A stretch of DNA of 62,070 bases, the filler included, from Planctomycetota bacterium (GTDB lineage Bacteria > Planctomycetota > Planctomycetia > JALXBF01): assembly GCA_026991575.1 (NCBI GenBank). It is 4 parts of 4 records of this genome, joined end to end, with 100 filler letters (N's around TTAATTAATTAA, not from the genome) between each part and the next. Parts side by side here need not be neighbours in the genome. Positions count along the whole stretch, not along the records: positions 19,206 to 37,814 come from JALXBF010000092.1; positions 37,915 to 43,558 come from JALXBF010000093.1; 2 more parts are not named here. One strand, 5' to 3'. Positions within the stretch are counted from its first letter, which is position 1. Every line of letters starts with the position of its first letter. This document shows positions 30,596 through 40,900 of the stretch, one piece after another. A model generated the notes under the pieces. It was not told where the DNA came from, searched no databases, and was given only the letters and a program-made list of their open reading frames with translations. The position numbers and the translations under genes were made by a program.

Positions 30596-30919
30596 GTGGC
30601 TGGCACAGTGATAGACGAGAAGTGTGCTGCCGCAGGAACCTGCCCTGCCTGCAATCCGCCGAGTGGCTGTACTATGAGCTCAGACATGCGCAGGTGCTTC
30701 TGTAGGGTGGCCGGCAGCGATGGTTGCTCGTCCCCTGCGGTCCAGTGGGACTGTACATGGAGCTTTTGGCTTTGGTGTAATGACGGCAGCCGCCCTGGAT
30801 TCTGCGGTTCCCCACAGCAGCCCCAGGTCCCGCAGCCAGATCCGATCACCGGGATCTGTCCGAACACAGGAACCTGTGTTAACACACCTGGCTTAGGCGT
30901 GGATTGCGACGCATGTTAG
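30596..30919 (+). CDS. small cysteine-rich protein (14 Cys in 107 aa), N-terminus probably lost
   Basis: Cys count from the translation; in-frame upstream SSASAVAG looks like a signal-peptide end, with a stop at 30572 next to the ISAs1 remnant. Confidence 0.65.
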   Translation: MAGTVIDEKCAAAGTCPACNPPSGCTMSSDMRRCFCRVAGSDGCSSPAVQWDCTWSFWLWCNDGSRPGFCGSPQQPQVPQPDPITGICPNTGTCVNTPGLGVDCDAC

Positions 30920-31352
30920 TCCCGGCCGCACAGACGGCGCGACGCCACGCATGCTCCAGGTGTTCCTGGTACTTGCGCTGAGCTCCGCCAGGTCAGCCCA
31001 AATCCCCGTGCGAGGGGGCACCTCGGAGCGTTACACTGATGTGGGCGGAATTCCCTGAGTCCTCCTTTGCCAGGACTCAAGGGACGGCGCTGGCATGTGA
31101 GAACCGGCGGTCCAGAAATCGTCGCGGTGCTCGTCCAGGGCGCAGGCGGCGGACGTGCGTACCCGATCCGCAGCACCGACCGAGCTGGATGCGGCAAACC
31201 AATGGCATCGCCAACGTATCTGCGCGGTCTTGACGCTCCATAGGTGAGCAGACCGAGCTGCCCAGCGGGCGGGGCTATTCGCGGAGCGATTCAGCACTGC
31301 GGCGGAAGGGGCTGTGAGATCGCATTTCGAATCCCTTGACGCGAGGTTGAGG

Positions 31353-32648
31353 ATGATGGCGTGCTTGGTCGCCTGGCTCCTGTTGAGCCTCGGACTCGAC
31401 GGCGGGGAGCCTGCTGAGCCGGAGGCAGATAAGGTCCCAATCACGTTTGGCGACGTCCAGGCGTTGTATCAGCAGAACGCGCGGGCACTCCAGCCGTTGC
31501 GGCTTCGCTGGAAGCTTCGAGTCACTTACACGAAAGCGTACCAGAAAGCAACGGGGATAGAGCTTACCGGTCAGGAACCAAAGCTACTGGAGTTTTGGAC
31601 CGACGGCCAATCCTGGCGAATGCTCGCACCCTGGGGTGAAACCCCACGCAGGCTGCCGGCCCAGTGGCTGGAGGGGACGCCCCGCGGCGTGGCGTCTCGT
31701 GTGCTTGGATACCACGTCGTCGTTTACGATGCCCCGAGGGACCGGCTCGTAGTGATCACGGCGCACAAACAGCGCGAGTACACCGGGGCAGCCGTGCTGG
31801 CCAACGTGGCTGGGTTCAAGGACGCATTTCCTCCTTTGACCCCGGTGCGCGGCCGCACGCTCGAAAAGCTGAGACAAGCTCTCCACCTAATGGACCAGGT
31901 AATGCTTGCCGATTGGGCTACGACCCACCATGTCTGTTCGCAGTGTGACCCCGGTGTCGCCAGGCATTACTTTGAGCTCCTGGGGGACGAAGTGCCTCCG
32001 GCTTCGTACCTTACGCCGGAGGAGCGTGCGCAGTACGGGGCGCGCGTCCGGAAGTACATCGGGTGGATCGTCGAAGCCGACCTGACGCGTGGTGGTCTGC
32101 CCATCCGGCTGTGGGCTTGGGACCGGACCTACTTCGACGACCAGGACGTGACACCTGTTGGACCGCTCGATCGCGTGGCACACGACCTACCCGTAATGGA
32201 AGCGGATCGGGTCACACAGCTGTCCTCAGGCGCCCACTATCCAGTCCATGTGACGGTGCGGAGGTTTATTCCGTCACCCGAGTCGGGACCGGAGATGCCC
32301 AGTTTTGAAGAACGAGTCCTTCGGCGCGGGCGACGCTTTGCGTACACGCCGGCCCTCGGCACTATCCTCGAATGGGATGTGCTGGCAGTGGAGGCGGGAA
32401 TAGACACCCCCGCGGTTGTGTTTGACTCCAGCGCCATAGGCCCAAGAGTCTACGATGCCACTCGCCTGACTGGCGCAACCGTGACCAGTGGTCGCGGGCG
32501 CGTTCCCGGGGAGCCTGCGGCTGGAGAGTTGGAGAGCGGTCACTCGGCATGGGTGCCTTTCACCATGGGGTTTGCGCTGGCAATCTTGGGACTCACGCTA
32601 GCGGTCGGGGTTTGGAGGGCGAGGCGATGCAAGCGGTCATCCTCGTGA
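31353..32648 (+). CDS. exported protein with C-terminal membrane anchor, unknown function
   Basis: hydrophobic leader MMACLVAWLLLSLGL; C-terminal TM WVPFTMGFALAILGLTLAVGVW and basic tail. Confidence 0.8.
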   Translation: MMACLVAWLLLSLGLDGGEPAEPEADKVPITFGDVQALYQQNARALQPLRLRWKLRVTYTKAYQKATGIELTGQEPKLLEFWTDGQSWRMLAPWGETPRRLPAQWLEGTPRGVASRVLGYHVVVYDAPRDRLVVITAHKQREYTGAAVLANVAGFKDAFPPLTPVRGRTLEKLRQALHLMDQVMLADWATTHHVCSQCDPGVARHYFELLGDEVPPASYLTPEERAQYGARVRKYIGWIVEADLTRGGLPIRLWAWDRTYFDDQDVTPVGPLDRVAHDLPVMEADRVTQLSSGAHYPVHVTVRRFIPSPESGPEMPSFEERVLRRGRRFAYTPALGTILEWDVLAVEAGIDTPAVVFDSSAIGPRVYDATRLTGATVTSGRGRVPGEPAAGELESGHSAWVPFTMGFALAILGLTLAVGVWRARRCKRSSS

Positions 32649-34225
32649 GCTTCTTTCTGGCTGCTGAGGCCGGACTGCCCTGTGGGCCAGCATCGCTGAA
32701 TGCTTTCTTCCGCGCTGTTGGCCGACCGGTTCCCTGGGAACAGATCGTTGCCGCCTGCCAGGAGGCATCCCACCGCGACGACGTGACGTACATGAGCGTG
32801 GCGGAACTCGTTGCGGCCGCACGCACGTTAGGCTTGTCGCTAACACCGATTCGCATCGAGCCACCAGACCATGAGTTGCTCCCGACGCCGGCAATTCTTT
32901 ACCTGGAGCCGACCGGGCGCGCTGGGCCTCACCCCATGCTGGGACACTTCGCTGTCCTGGTTGACAAGGGGCCGCACCACGTGGGCATTCTGGATATCAC
33001 GTTAAGCGACCAGGTACAGGACGTTCCCCTCGCCGTCCTGTACGCCCACTGGAGTGGCGTGGCCCTGGTTCGCCACCGGGCCGTTGCCTGGAAAAAAGGA
33101 CTTGTCCCGTTCATGATAGGGCTGGTGGCGGGGACGGCGGTGTTCTTCCTTACCAGACTTGGTATCACCACCGTCCTTCGGCGCAGCACCCTGCCGTTGG
33201 CCATCCTGGCGATTATCGGTTCGGGGCCCGGGTGTTCGCGCACCCCCGCGCCGCTGAGGGTTGAGCCACAGCGGGTCGACCTGGGAACGGTACGAGAGGA
33301 ACGAGCCGTCGTACGCGTGACGCTCCAAGCCTGGCGACGTGGACCCGTAACGCTGCGTGACCTGTCCACCGAGTGTGCCGGATTGCGCTATCGCCCGGAG
33401 ATGAAGGGGACGGTGCTCAAACCGGGTGAACGCCGCACAGTGGAGCTGACAGTGTCCGGGGACGGGACCGGACGACCTCAGGCATTCTTCTGGGAGGTGC
33501 TCACGGACCCGCCGGCAGCAGTTTCACCCAGTGTTCTTATCACGGGCCGCTTTTTCCCACGACCGGTCGTCCATCCAAATCCGGTCTTCCTTCGTGTCCC
33601 GGTCCACGAGCCGGCGAATGCGACGGTGACCGTCGTGGTCCTTCGTCCGGCGTCAGAGCCTCCGCTGGCAGTTCGACCAATTCCGCTGTCGAACACCACG
33701 ATCCGACTGACTCCTGGCAGACGAATTTCGCAGATTCATTATCGTGAGGCCAAGGGACGCCCCGTCACAGTTCGGGACATCCAGACGCTCCAGGTGCAGG
33801 TCCCGAGCACGCTAGCCGTAGGGCAGCATCACGCCACCTTCCGCCTGGAACTTGGCGACCGCTGGAAGCCCCTCATGCTCTCCGTGCAGGTCACCGTGTC
33901 TCAGCCGCTCGTGTTCGAGCAGACCAGGCTTTTCGCCGGAGTCCTGCAGGTCGGTAAGCCGTGGGAATATGAACTCCGCTACGATGAACTTGTCGCCGGC
34001 ACCGCCGACAGGGTTCGGCTGGTCCCTACAGAGAGGTGGATTCATGCCCAGCTAGACGCGGCTCGTCGTGTCGTGAGGGTGCGGCTGACGGCGCCAGCTC
34101 GCGGTCGATTTGCCGGCGCGGTGCGCGTCGAGTTCGGTCAGAACATTCCGCCCCTGAGGATTGAAGTTTCCGGAATCGGGATCGACCCTAAGTCAAGTCC
34201 TAAACACGCTGTGTCGGGACGCTAG
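32627..34225 (+). CDS. C39-like cysteine peptidase fused via hydrophobic segments to DUF1573-type Ig-like domains
   Basis: PCGPASL (Cys), MSVAELVAAARTLG, PAILYL, GHFAVL (His), ILD (Asp); then TM, LAIIGSGPGC, VDLGTV...STEC...LKPGE. Confidence 0.8.
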   Translation: MQAVILVSFFLAAEAGLPCGPASLNAFFRAVGRPVPWEQIVAACQEASHRDDVTYMSVAELVAAARTLGLSLTPIRIEPPDHELLPTPAILYLEPTGRAGPHPMLGHFAVLVDKGPHHVGILDITLSDQVQDVPLAVLYAHWSGVALVRHRAVAWKKGLVPFMIGLVAGTAVFFLTRLGITTVLRRSTLPLAILAIIGSGPGCSRTPAPLRVEPQRVDLGTVREERAVVRVTLQAWRRGPVTLRDLSTECAGLRYRPEMKGTVLKPGERRTVELTVSGDGTGRPQAFFWEVLTDPPAAVSPSVLITGRFFPRPVVHPNPVFLRVPVHEPANATVTVVVLRPASEPPLAVRPIPLSNTTIRLTPGRRISQIHYREAKGRPVTVRDIQTLQVQVPSTLAVGQHHATFRLELGDRWKPLMLSVQVTVSQPLVFEQTRLFAGVLQVGKPWEYELRYDELVAGTADRVRLVPTERWIHAQLDAARRVVRVRLTAPARGRFAGAVRVEFGQNIPPLRIEVSGIGIDPKSSPKHAVSGR

Positions 34226-34261
34226 GTGCCGCCAGCTGACGGTGGTCTGCCAATCCGCGAA

Positions 34262-36040
34262 ATGAGTGACCAGCAAGTGACGACCCGCCGGCGGCCGACA
34301 CCGCACACTCAGATTTGCCTGCTCGTCGGCGTCCTGGTTGTGTACGTACTGCTGGTCTCGTACTCCGCAGTCCGCCACGCTCCGGCATGGGATGAGTTCG
34401 GGCACCTGCCCGCAGGGATCATGCACCTCCGCGATGCCGATTACCGGCCCTATCGTACGAACCCACCGTTGGTACGCATGCTGGCTGCTCTGCCCGTCCT
34501 GCGCAGCGACGTGGCCAGGCACCTGCCACACTCTCCAGCAGGACGTCGTCCCGAGTGGCTCGCGGCCAAGACGTTCGCGGAGCGAGCCGGTCGCCGGCTG
34601 GGCAGCTACTACGCAGCCGCTCGACTGACACTTCTGCCGCTCCTACTAGTCGGTCCCCTTTGCGTCTATTCCTGGGCCAATTCCTTGTGGGGAGCCCCAG
34701 CAGGGATCGCTGCCGCTGTGCTGTACTGCATTTCCCCCACCGTATTGGCCTATAGCGCTCTGATGACTCCCGATGCCGTTGCCGCATCGATGGGCGTTGC
34801 TGCCCTGTATTGCTACCGTCAGTGGTTGCAGGAGGCCACGTCCCTGCGGCGAACGGTTCTTGCCGGACTTACCCTCGGTGCCGCGCTGGCGACAAAGTAC
34901 ACAATGCTTCTGCTACTGCCGTTTTGGGCCCTTGCACCCGCCTGGCTGCGCGGTCGATACGTCGGTCGCTGCCGGTTGTCCGCATTCGGCTGCTGGATAG
35001 CGCAGCTTGGCATAGCCCTGCTGCTTGTCAACGCCGTGTATCGTTTTCAGGGAACCGGTACCCCCCTGAGCACGCTTCCAGTCCAGAGCAGACGTTGCCA
35101 AAGCCTGATGGGCCTCCTGCACAGGGCGGGGGTATTGGAGTTCATCCGAGTGCCCTTGCCAGCCCAGTTCGTCTTGGGGATCGACGAACAGTTCGTCGAG
35201 TTTGAGCGAGGGTACTGGTCATACCTCCGTGGCACGTGGAAGCTCGGCGGGTGGTGGTACTACTACCTGTACGCGTTGCTGGTCAAAGAACCGACGGCCC
35301 TATGGCTGCTCCTCTCGTGGTCCGTTGTGAGAGTTGTGCGGCACCCCGTTCCCCTGGGGGAACAGATCCTGCTCTTCGGTCCGGCGGCACTCATCCTGGC
35401 GGTTCTCAGCTCGCATACGGGCTTCAACCACCACGTCCGATATGCATTGCCAGCGCTTCCGTTCCTGGTAATCTGGGCTGCGGGTGCCGTGTCCGGCCGA
35501 GGGTTGCTCGGCGATCGGCGCCGCGTGTTGAGCCTACGCGTTCTGGGATGGAGCCTGGTGGGAGCGGCGGTTCTTTCCAGCCTCAGCCAATGGCCACACA
35601 GCGAGTCGTATTTTTGCTGGTTGGTTGGTGGACCGCGGCGCGGTGCCGAACACCTGCTGGACAGCAACATTGACTGGGGTCAGGACGTCTCCTACCTTGC
35701 GCGCTGGCTGCGTCAGCATCCGACGGAACAGCTCGACGGCATCGTTGTCTCTGTTCCCTTCCCGGTCCTACAAGCCTATGGACTCCGTCGCGGGATCGAC
35801 CCTCGCTGGGAAACGTACACAGATGCCGATGACCAGCAGAGGACGGTTGAGCCACGCCCGGGACGGTATGCCGTCTCTGTGCGGCGCATTTACGAGTCCC
35901 GGGAATACCACTATTTTCGGTACCTCAGCCCGGCAGTCTGGGTCACGCCAGCCATCCGCATATACGATCTGCGCTCCGAAGACATCCGACGCCTCCGAGC
36001 TCACATGCAATCCTGTTCCCATCGCTTTCCACTGCAGTAG
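34262..36040 (+). CDS. GT-C fold membrane glycosyltransferase (GT39/ArnT-PMT-like)
   Basis: PAWDEFGHLPAG, NPPL, LATKYT, GWWYYY, RYALP, DSNIDWGQD; multiple TM helices. Confidence 0.88.
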   Translation: MSDQQVTTRRRPTPHTQICLLVGVLVVYVLLVSYSAVRHAPAWDEFGHLPAGIMHLRDADYRPYRTNPPLVRMLAALPVLRSDVARHLPHSPAGRRPEWLAAKTFAERAGRRLGSYYAAARLTLLPLLLVGPLCVYSWANSLWGAPAGIAAAVLYCISPTVLAYSALMTPDAVAASMGVAALYCYRQWLQEATSLRRTVLAGLTLGAALATKYTMLLLLPFWALAPAWLRGRYVGRCRLSAFGCWIAQLGIALLLVNAVYRFQGTGTPLSTLPVQSRRCQSLMGLLHRAGVLEFIRVPLPAQFVLGIDEQFVEFERGYWSYLRGTWKLGGWWYYYLYALLVKEPTALWLLLSWSVVRVVRHPVPLGEQILLFGPAALILAVLSSHTGFNHHVRYALPALPFLVIWAAGAVSGRGLLGDRRRVLSLRVLGWSLVGAAVLSSLSQWPHSESYFCWLVGGPRRGAEHLLDSNIDWGQDVSYLARWLRQHPTEQLDGIVVSVPFPVLQAYGLRRGIDPRWETYTDADDQQRTVEPRPGRYAVSVRRIYESREYHYFRYLSPAVWVTPAIRIYDLRSEDIRRLRAHMQSCSHRFPLQ

Positions 36041-36175
36041 CCCTTTGCGAACGCGTGCGCTGTGCACCCGAATGGCCACCGATCAAGCTCCTGAACGGCT
36101 TCATCGGGGCCGATCGTCGCGATCGATCCCTCCGCCCTTTGTGCAGAAGCCCGCCTTGGGGCGACTTGAGCCCAC

Positions 36176-37153
36176 AGCATCCACGGTCACCTGGCCGATC
36201 ATCGCCGGAACCGGACCCGCGGAATGCCGGACTGGGTGGATCCAAAGGTGCCGTTCCTGCCCCGGCGGCTGAAGCGGACCGGCTACGTGACCGCCCATGT
36301 CGGCAAGTGCCACCTGGAACATGCCCCGGTGCGCCGGAACCGAGCGAATACGGGTTTGACTATTACCGCTGCCACCAGGCCAACGGTCCATGCTTTGAGC
36401 AGGAAGGAAAACCCCCTTACTTCCGCGCTCGTTCGACAACACTCTTTGTCGACGAAACGATCCAGTCCATCGAGCGAAACCTGCGCAGCCCCTTCCACAA
36501 GAATCTGTGGACGCTGGAGCCGCACGCAACCCTTTACCCCACCCTAGAGCAGCTCCGGCCGTACGCCTTCCTGAAGCCTGGTCGGAACCTGCCCAACTAC
36601 GCCGCACCGCAGATCTACTAAGCTACAGTAACCTCAATGCACCACGAGTTGGCATGCCCGTGTTCCGTTGGCTGCGCGAACAGGACTGGAGGACAACACG
36701 TTGGTCCTGTTCAGCTCCGACAATGGGCCAGAACACATCCACATCCGCAGCGCAGGCCACAGCGGAGTTGGGTCACCCGGACCATTTCGTGGCCGCAAGC
36801 GGAGCCTGTACGAAGGTGGCATCAGGACTCCGTTCATCGTACGCTGGCCCGGGCACGTGCCAGCAGGCAAGGTTAATCGCTCGTCCGTCGTCAGTGGGGT
36901 CGACTTTGTGCCCACCCTGGCAGCCCTCATAGTGGTCCGGCTGCCGGAGGATTATCACAGCGACGGCGAAAACATGCTCGATGTCCTGCTCCGAGCAGAT
37001 CGCCCGAAGCGGCGGCCGCTGTAGCTGGAATGGCGCTTCCGCATCTTCGGCTACCATTTTCATCGCTGCCCGATACAGGTTATGCGCGCCGGGAAATGGA
37101 TCCTTCTCATGAATCCGGACCGCAGCCGAGTGAAACTGTACGACCTCGAGTAG
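36176..37153 (+). pseudogene. sulfatase pseudogene
   Basis: GYVTAHVGKCHL, NTLVLFSSDNGP, RGRKRSLYEGGIRTPFIVRWPG, KLYDL spread over several frames with internal stops; N-terminus missing. Confidence 0.88.
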
Positions 37154-37196
37154 GATTCTGGAGCGGATCTTTCATGGCGGAGAGAAAACAAACAAA

Positions 37197-37265
37197 GCTA
37201 GTACCGCCCACGCTACCCATCAACAGCGCGGGGGGGGCGCATAAAGCCCTCCTCCGGCGAGTTCG
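37197..37265 (+). repeat. single arm of the multi-hairpin element (half copy)
   Basis: CGCTACCCATCAACAG and GGGGCGCATAAAGCCC identical to copy 1 right arm. Confidence 0.8.
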
Positions 37266-37814
37266 CGGTAGTTGGCGAGGTGAACCGTCGTCCAACGTCG
37301 GCAAAACCAGCTGCCAACGCACCCCAAAACCAAGCCGTCAACGCGGGCAAGACCATCGCCCAAACGTAGGTGTAGTGAACCAGCGGAGGCGTTCGCGTCG
37401 GAGCAGCGGTTCAACAATGCAAACTGTACTATCCTCGGCTACAAGATTCGCGTCAAACCCTGGCTAGTACTTGCACCTGGCTGCACGGGCGCGCTCCGAC
37501 GCGCACGCCTGCGGGCACAATGCCCCCAGCACCGGCCTGAAGCAGGATGCCCGTCCACTCGAACCAGTCGGACCCTCGTTTGACGTACCCTACCCAATCC
37601 GTCAGGCGCCGGCTCCGCCCGCTACCAACCCGCGCCCGGCACAACGCAGCCGCTGGCTCGAGGCCCCGCCCAACCACCAGCCCACCGCGCTGGCGTGCTG
37701 CAAATGAAGAAAAAGGCCACCACCTCCCTCACGCCCGGGGTAAGACACACCCCTCCCGTCGGGTGCATCCGCATCCCCGTAGGCTCAGATCATCGCCGGC
37801 GGCGCCCACGCACA

Positions 37815-37914
37815 NNNNNNNNNNNNNNNNNNNNNNNNNNNNNNNNNNNNNNNNNNNNTTAATTAATTAANNNNNNNNNNNNNNNNNNNNNNNNNNNNNN
37901 NNNNNNNNNNNNNN
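37815..37914. other. artificial contig linker
   Basis: 44 N + TTAATTAATTAA + 44 N. Confidence 0.97.
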
Positions 37915-40900
37915 GAAACCCCGTGTGTGGAACCTGACCTTATATGGGTCCGTCTCCTCGGCCGCGGGATTGAAAATAGACCGACGGTTATTGCATGCCT
38001 CGTGCGCTCCCTTGCCGATCTGGAGGTGCCGACCTATCCGGGCACGAAGTTGCATACTTCCTGCCCTGCAACGTTTGGTACATGGGCTGATGCTCTAGCG
38101 GCTGAGTATTGCGGGCTTGCCTTCTTCCATAGCCCGTTGTTGAGCGCGCCTGTACAAGACTGGGCGTACCTGGAAGGAATCTCACTGGCAGTGCTTCACA
38201 GAAAGCCAACGGCCGTGAATTACGAGGTGCTATCTCTGCGCACCGATCCGGTTGCTCTGGTCGAGGAGTCGCTGGAGAACTTTCCCCTTGTTCCGTCGGA
38301 AAGTGCAGAACTCTGGGAGAGAGTTGCCCCCATTGTCGCAATCACACGCGAGGGAACGGGTGAACAGATTGCAGGAGACGGCAGACACCCGCTCGTCCGC
38401 ATCACGGATGCCTTGCATGAATGGCTCGACCGGCTACCTTTCCGTTGGCACTACTCGTTCGGCTCGCCGCTCACGGGAGTAGAGGATCCGCTGGCAAGAG
38501 CCCGCGGGCGGCTCCGCTACCCGGCCTTTTTCTCCGAATCGGCGGTGCGGGCTGTGTTGCCCAGGAACGACCGCACGGGGCCGGGCGGCCTGCACCGGGC
38601 CGCTTTGCTGGCGCAGCTGTGCGAAACTGCCACGGTGACGGGCAACGAGCAGTGGGGACCAGAGTCAGTTGCCAGAGTTCTGGCCGAGCCTTCTTCAGGA
38701 GAACTGGTCTCACTCGTACGGTACCTGGTGACCGCGCCATCACCTCCCCGATCTGCAATCCGACCGCTTGCCCGCGCGATCGTGAACAAACCCGATGACC
38801 AACGGTTTGTGCTGCTGCTCGAGTGTCTGGGGTACCTGTTGAGCCAGGCTCCCGATGCATGTGAGTACGCCGACGTGGTTGTTCCCGTGTTCGAGAAACT
38901 TGCAGACTGGGCGTGGCTGCCTGCCTTCGAGGGGTTAGGCCCGTCAGTCGCGAGAGAGTTGCAGCGAATGGCGCCAATACTCTCGCCGCAAGACGCGAGA
39001 CGGCTCTTAGCACTGTATCTGAGCAAGTGGCTGGATACGCCGGCCCCAGTTGCGTCATTCTTCCCAGTCATAATCCAGCTTGCCAGAGCAGCGGAAGTGG
39101 GAAGCGACCCGGAGGCAGACAGGGCGTTGATGGACCAGGTAACGCAGACCCTGGCGGCCAAGGGCTTCTGGCAGGACTCACGGCCTGAACTGTTACCAGG
39201 TCTGATCGCTTTATTGAGCGGTCGCATCGCAGACGAGATGCCGGCGTTGTACCAGCAGTGGCAAAGCAGGCCGGCGCGGATGGGGCTGGTTCAACTGGCA
39301 GGGCGTCTGGTAGAGAGAAAGCTAAGCAGCGAGCAGGTGTTGCGCAAGGCCCTGGGCGATCCGGACACCGCCGTACGTGCGGAAGCCGCTCTGATGCTCG
39401 CACTGCTCAAGCCGAGCCTCAGCCGTCGTCTGGGGGAGGATCTGATCGATCGCCTGGTGATCGAGAGTGACCCGCGGGTCAGGCTGCTGCTATGCGATGC
39501 GATCGGTGCGTGCGGCGACGTCAATGTGGCTGAAAAACTTGCCGAAATGGCACGAGACAGACAGCATTATTCCCCGAAGCAACGTGCGGATTTCCTCTTT
39601 GCCCTGCGGTCAATGGGGCAGACCGGGGGCGCTGCCGCGCCGCTCATTGCGGAGCTCGTCGCGGACCCGTCGACCGACGTCGCGGTGGGCGCACTCCACG
39701 CCCTCGCCGCAATGGGCAGGCGCACTGCGTCCGCTGCGGCCGTTCTGGCTACGGAGGATCCCAGATGGCCTGTTCGGGCGGCCGCGGCCCGTGCACTTGG
39801 GGGGATGCGCGTGAACCGGGCCGATGTCTGGGAGCGGCTGCTTGACGATCCGGAACCGATGGTCCAGCTCGCAGCGTGTGCTTGTGCGAGCGAGCTGTCT
39901 CGCGAAGATGAAGGAGGTGAAGTGCGAAGGATCCAGCGGAAGCTGGCCGTTGTGGCGTCGGACGAAATGCGTGAGCACTCGGTTCGAATTGCCTCCCTCC
40001 GCGCGCTTTACGCGATCGGCCTGCCGGACGAGTCGACCTCGGCAATCCTGAGAAAGGGGGTCGAGAATAGCCGCGCGATACGGCACTGGTTCGCTGGACC
40101 GCTTGCGCGTGTTACTCCGCGGGATCGGGTCGAATCACTTGTTGACTGGCTTGGCAATATAGCTCAGATCCAGGCGGACGGCGAGTGTTCCGGTGCCGTG
40201 CGTGACCGCCATTTCTTTGTCGCTCAGGTACTCGCTGAACTTTTGAAGCGGCAACCAGAGGCGGCCCGCGTGCTGGTGTTTGCCCTTTGCCGCCACGACC
40301 CACGGTGTGCGATCTGGGATCAATTGGACCCCCCGCCGTACCGGATCACGTACGATGCGCTGCGGGAGTTTGACTCGGAACAACTCCGGCAATGGCTGGA
40401 CAATTACTGGCAATATCTCCGTCGGATGCCTCCGCCGCGCCAAGAACTGGCGACACGAATCCTCAATTGCATCCCGGATCACCTCCAAAACGACCCTCAA
40501 TTCGTCGGGTTGCTCGCACACCTTGCGCCGACGTCGGCTTGCGCGCGGGAAAAGCTACAGGGATTCCTCCTGCAAGACAGCGCTCAGGCCGTAGTGGCTG
40601 CGCGTCAGGTGGCTTCTCTAGAACCCCCGGTCGCGAATGCGATCCTGCGCCAGGCCCTGGTAACGGCGGACAACCCCCAGGCCCTCGAGAACGTCCTCTG
40701 GGCGGCGGCGGAAATGGCCAGAGGGGGCAGAGAGGTAGACGATCGTGTTGTTTCTCTAGCGCAGCGATCGGCGCAAGATGCGAAGCTGGGCCTTCGAGTC
40801 CATGCTGTGCGACTGATGGCGCTGGTGGAGGGAGACAGTCGTCGTGTGTGGGAGCTTATCCCGTTGGTGTACCGCGAGGGCAACACAGGCCAGATGATCC

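Noticed and set aside
19915..37265. Repeat pair plus hairpin as a possible DGR template/variable repeat
   Set aside because: Differences are not confined to adenines, the repeats are not at a gene 3' end, and there is no RT
37213..37267. AAC...hairpin...GTT layout resembling an integron attC site
   Set aside because: Ends do not fit RYYYAAC/GTTRRRY, the unit is shorter than typical attC, and no cassette array or integron integrase is present
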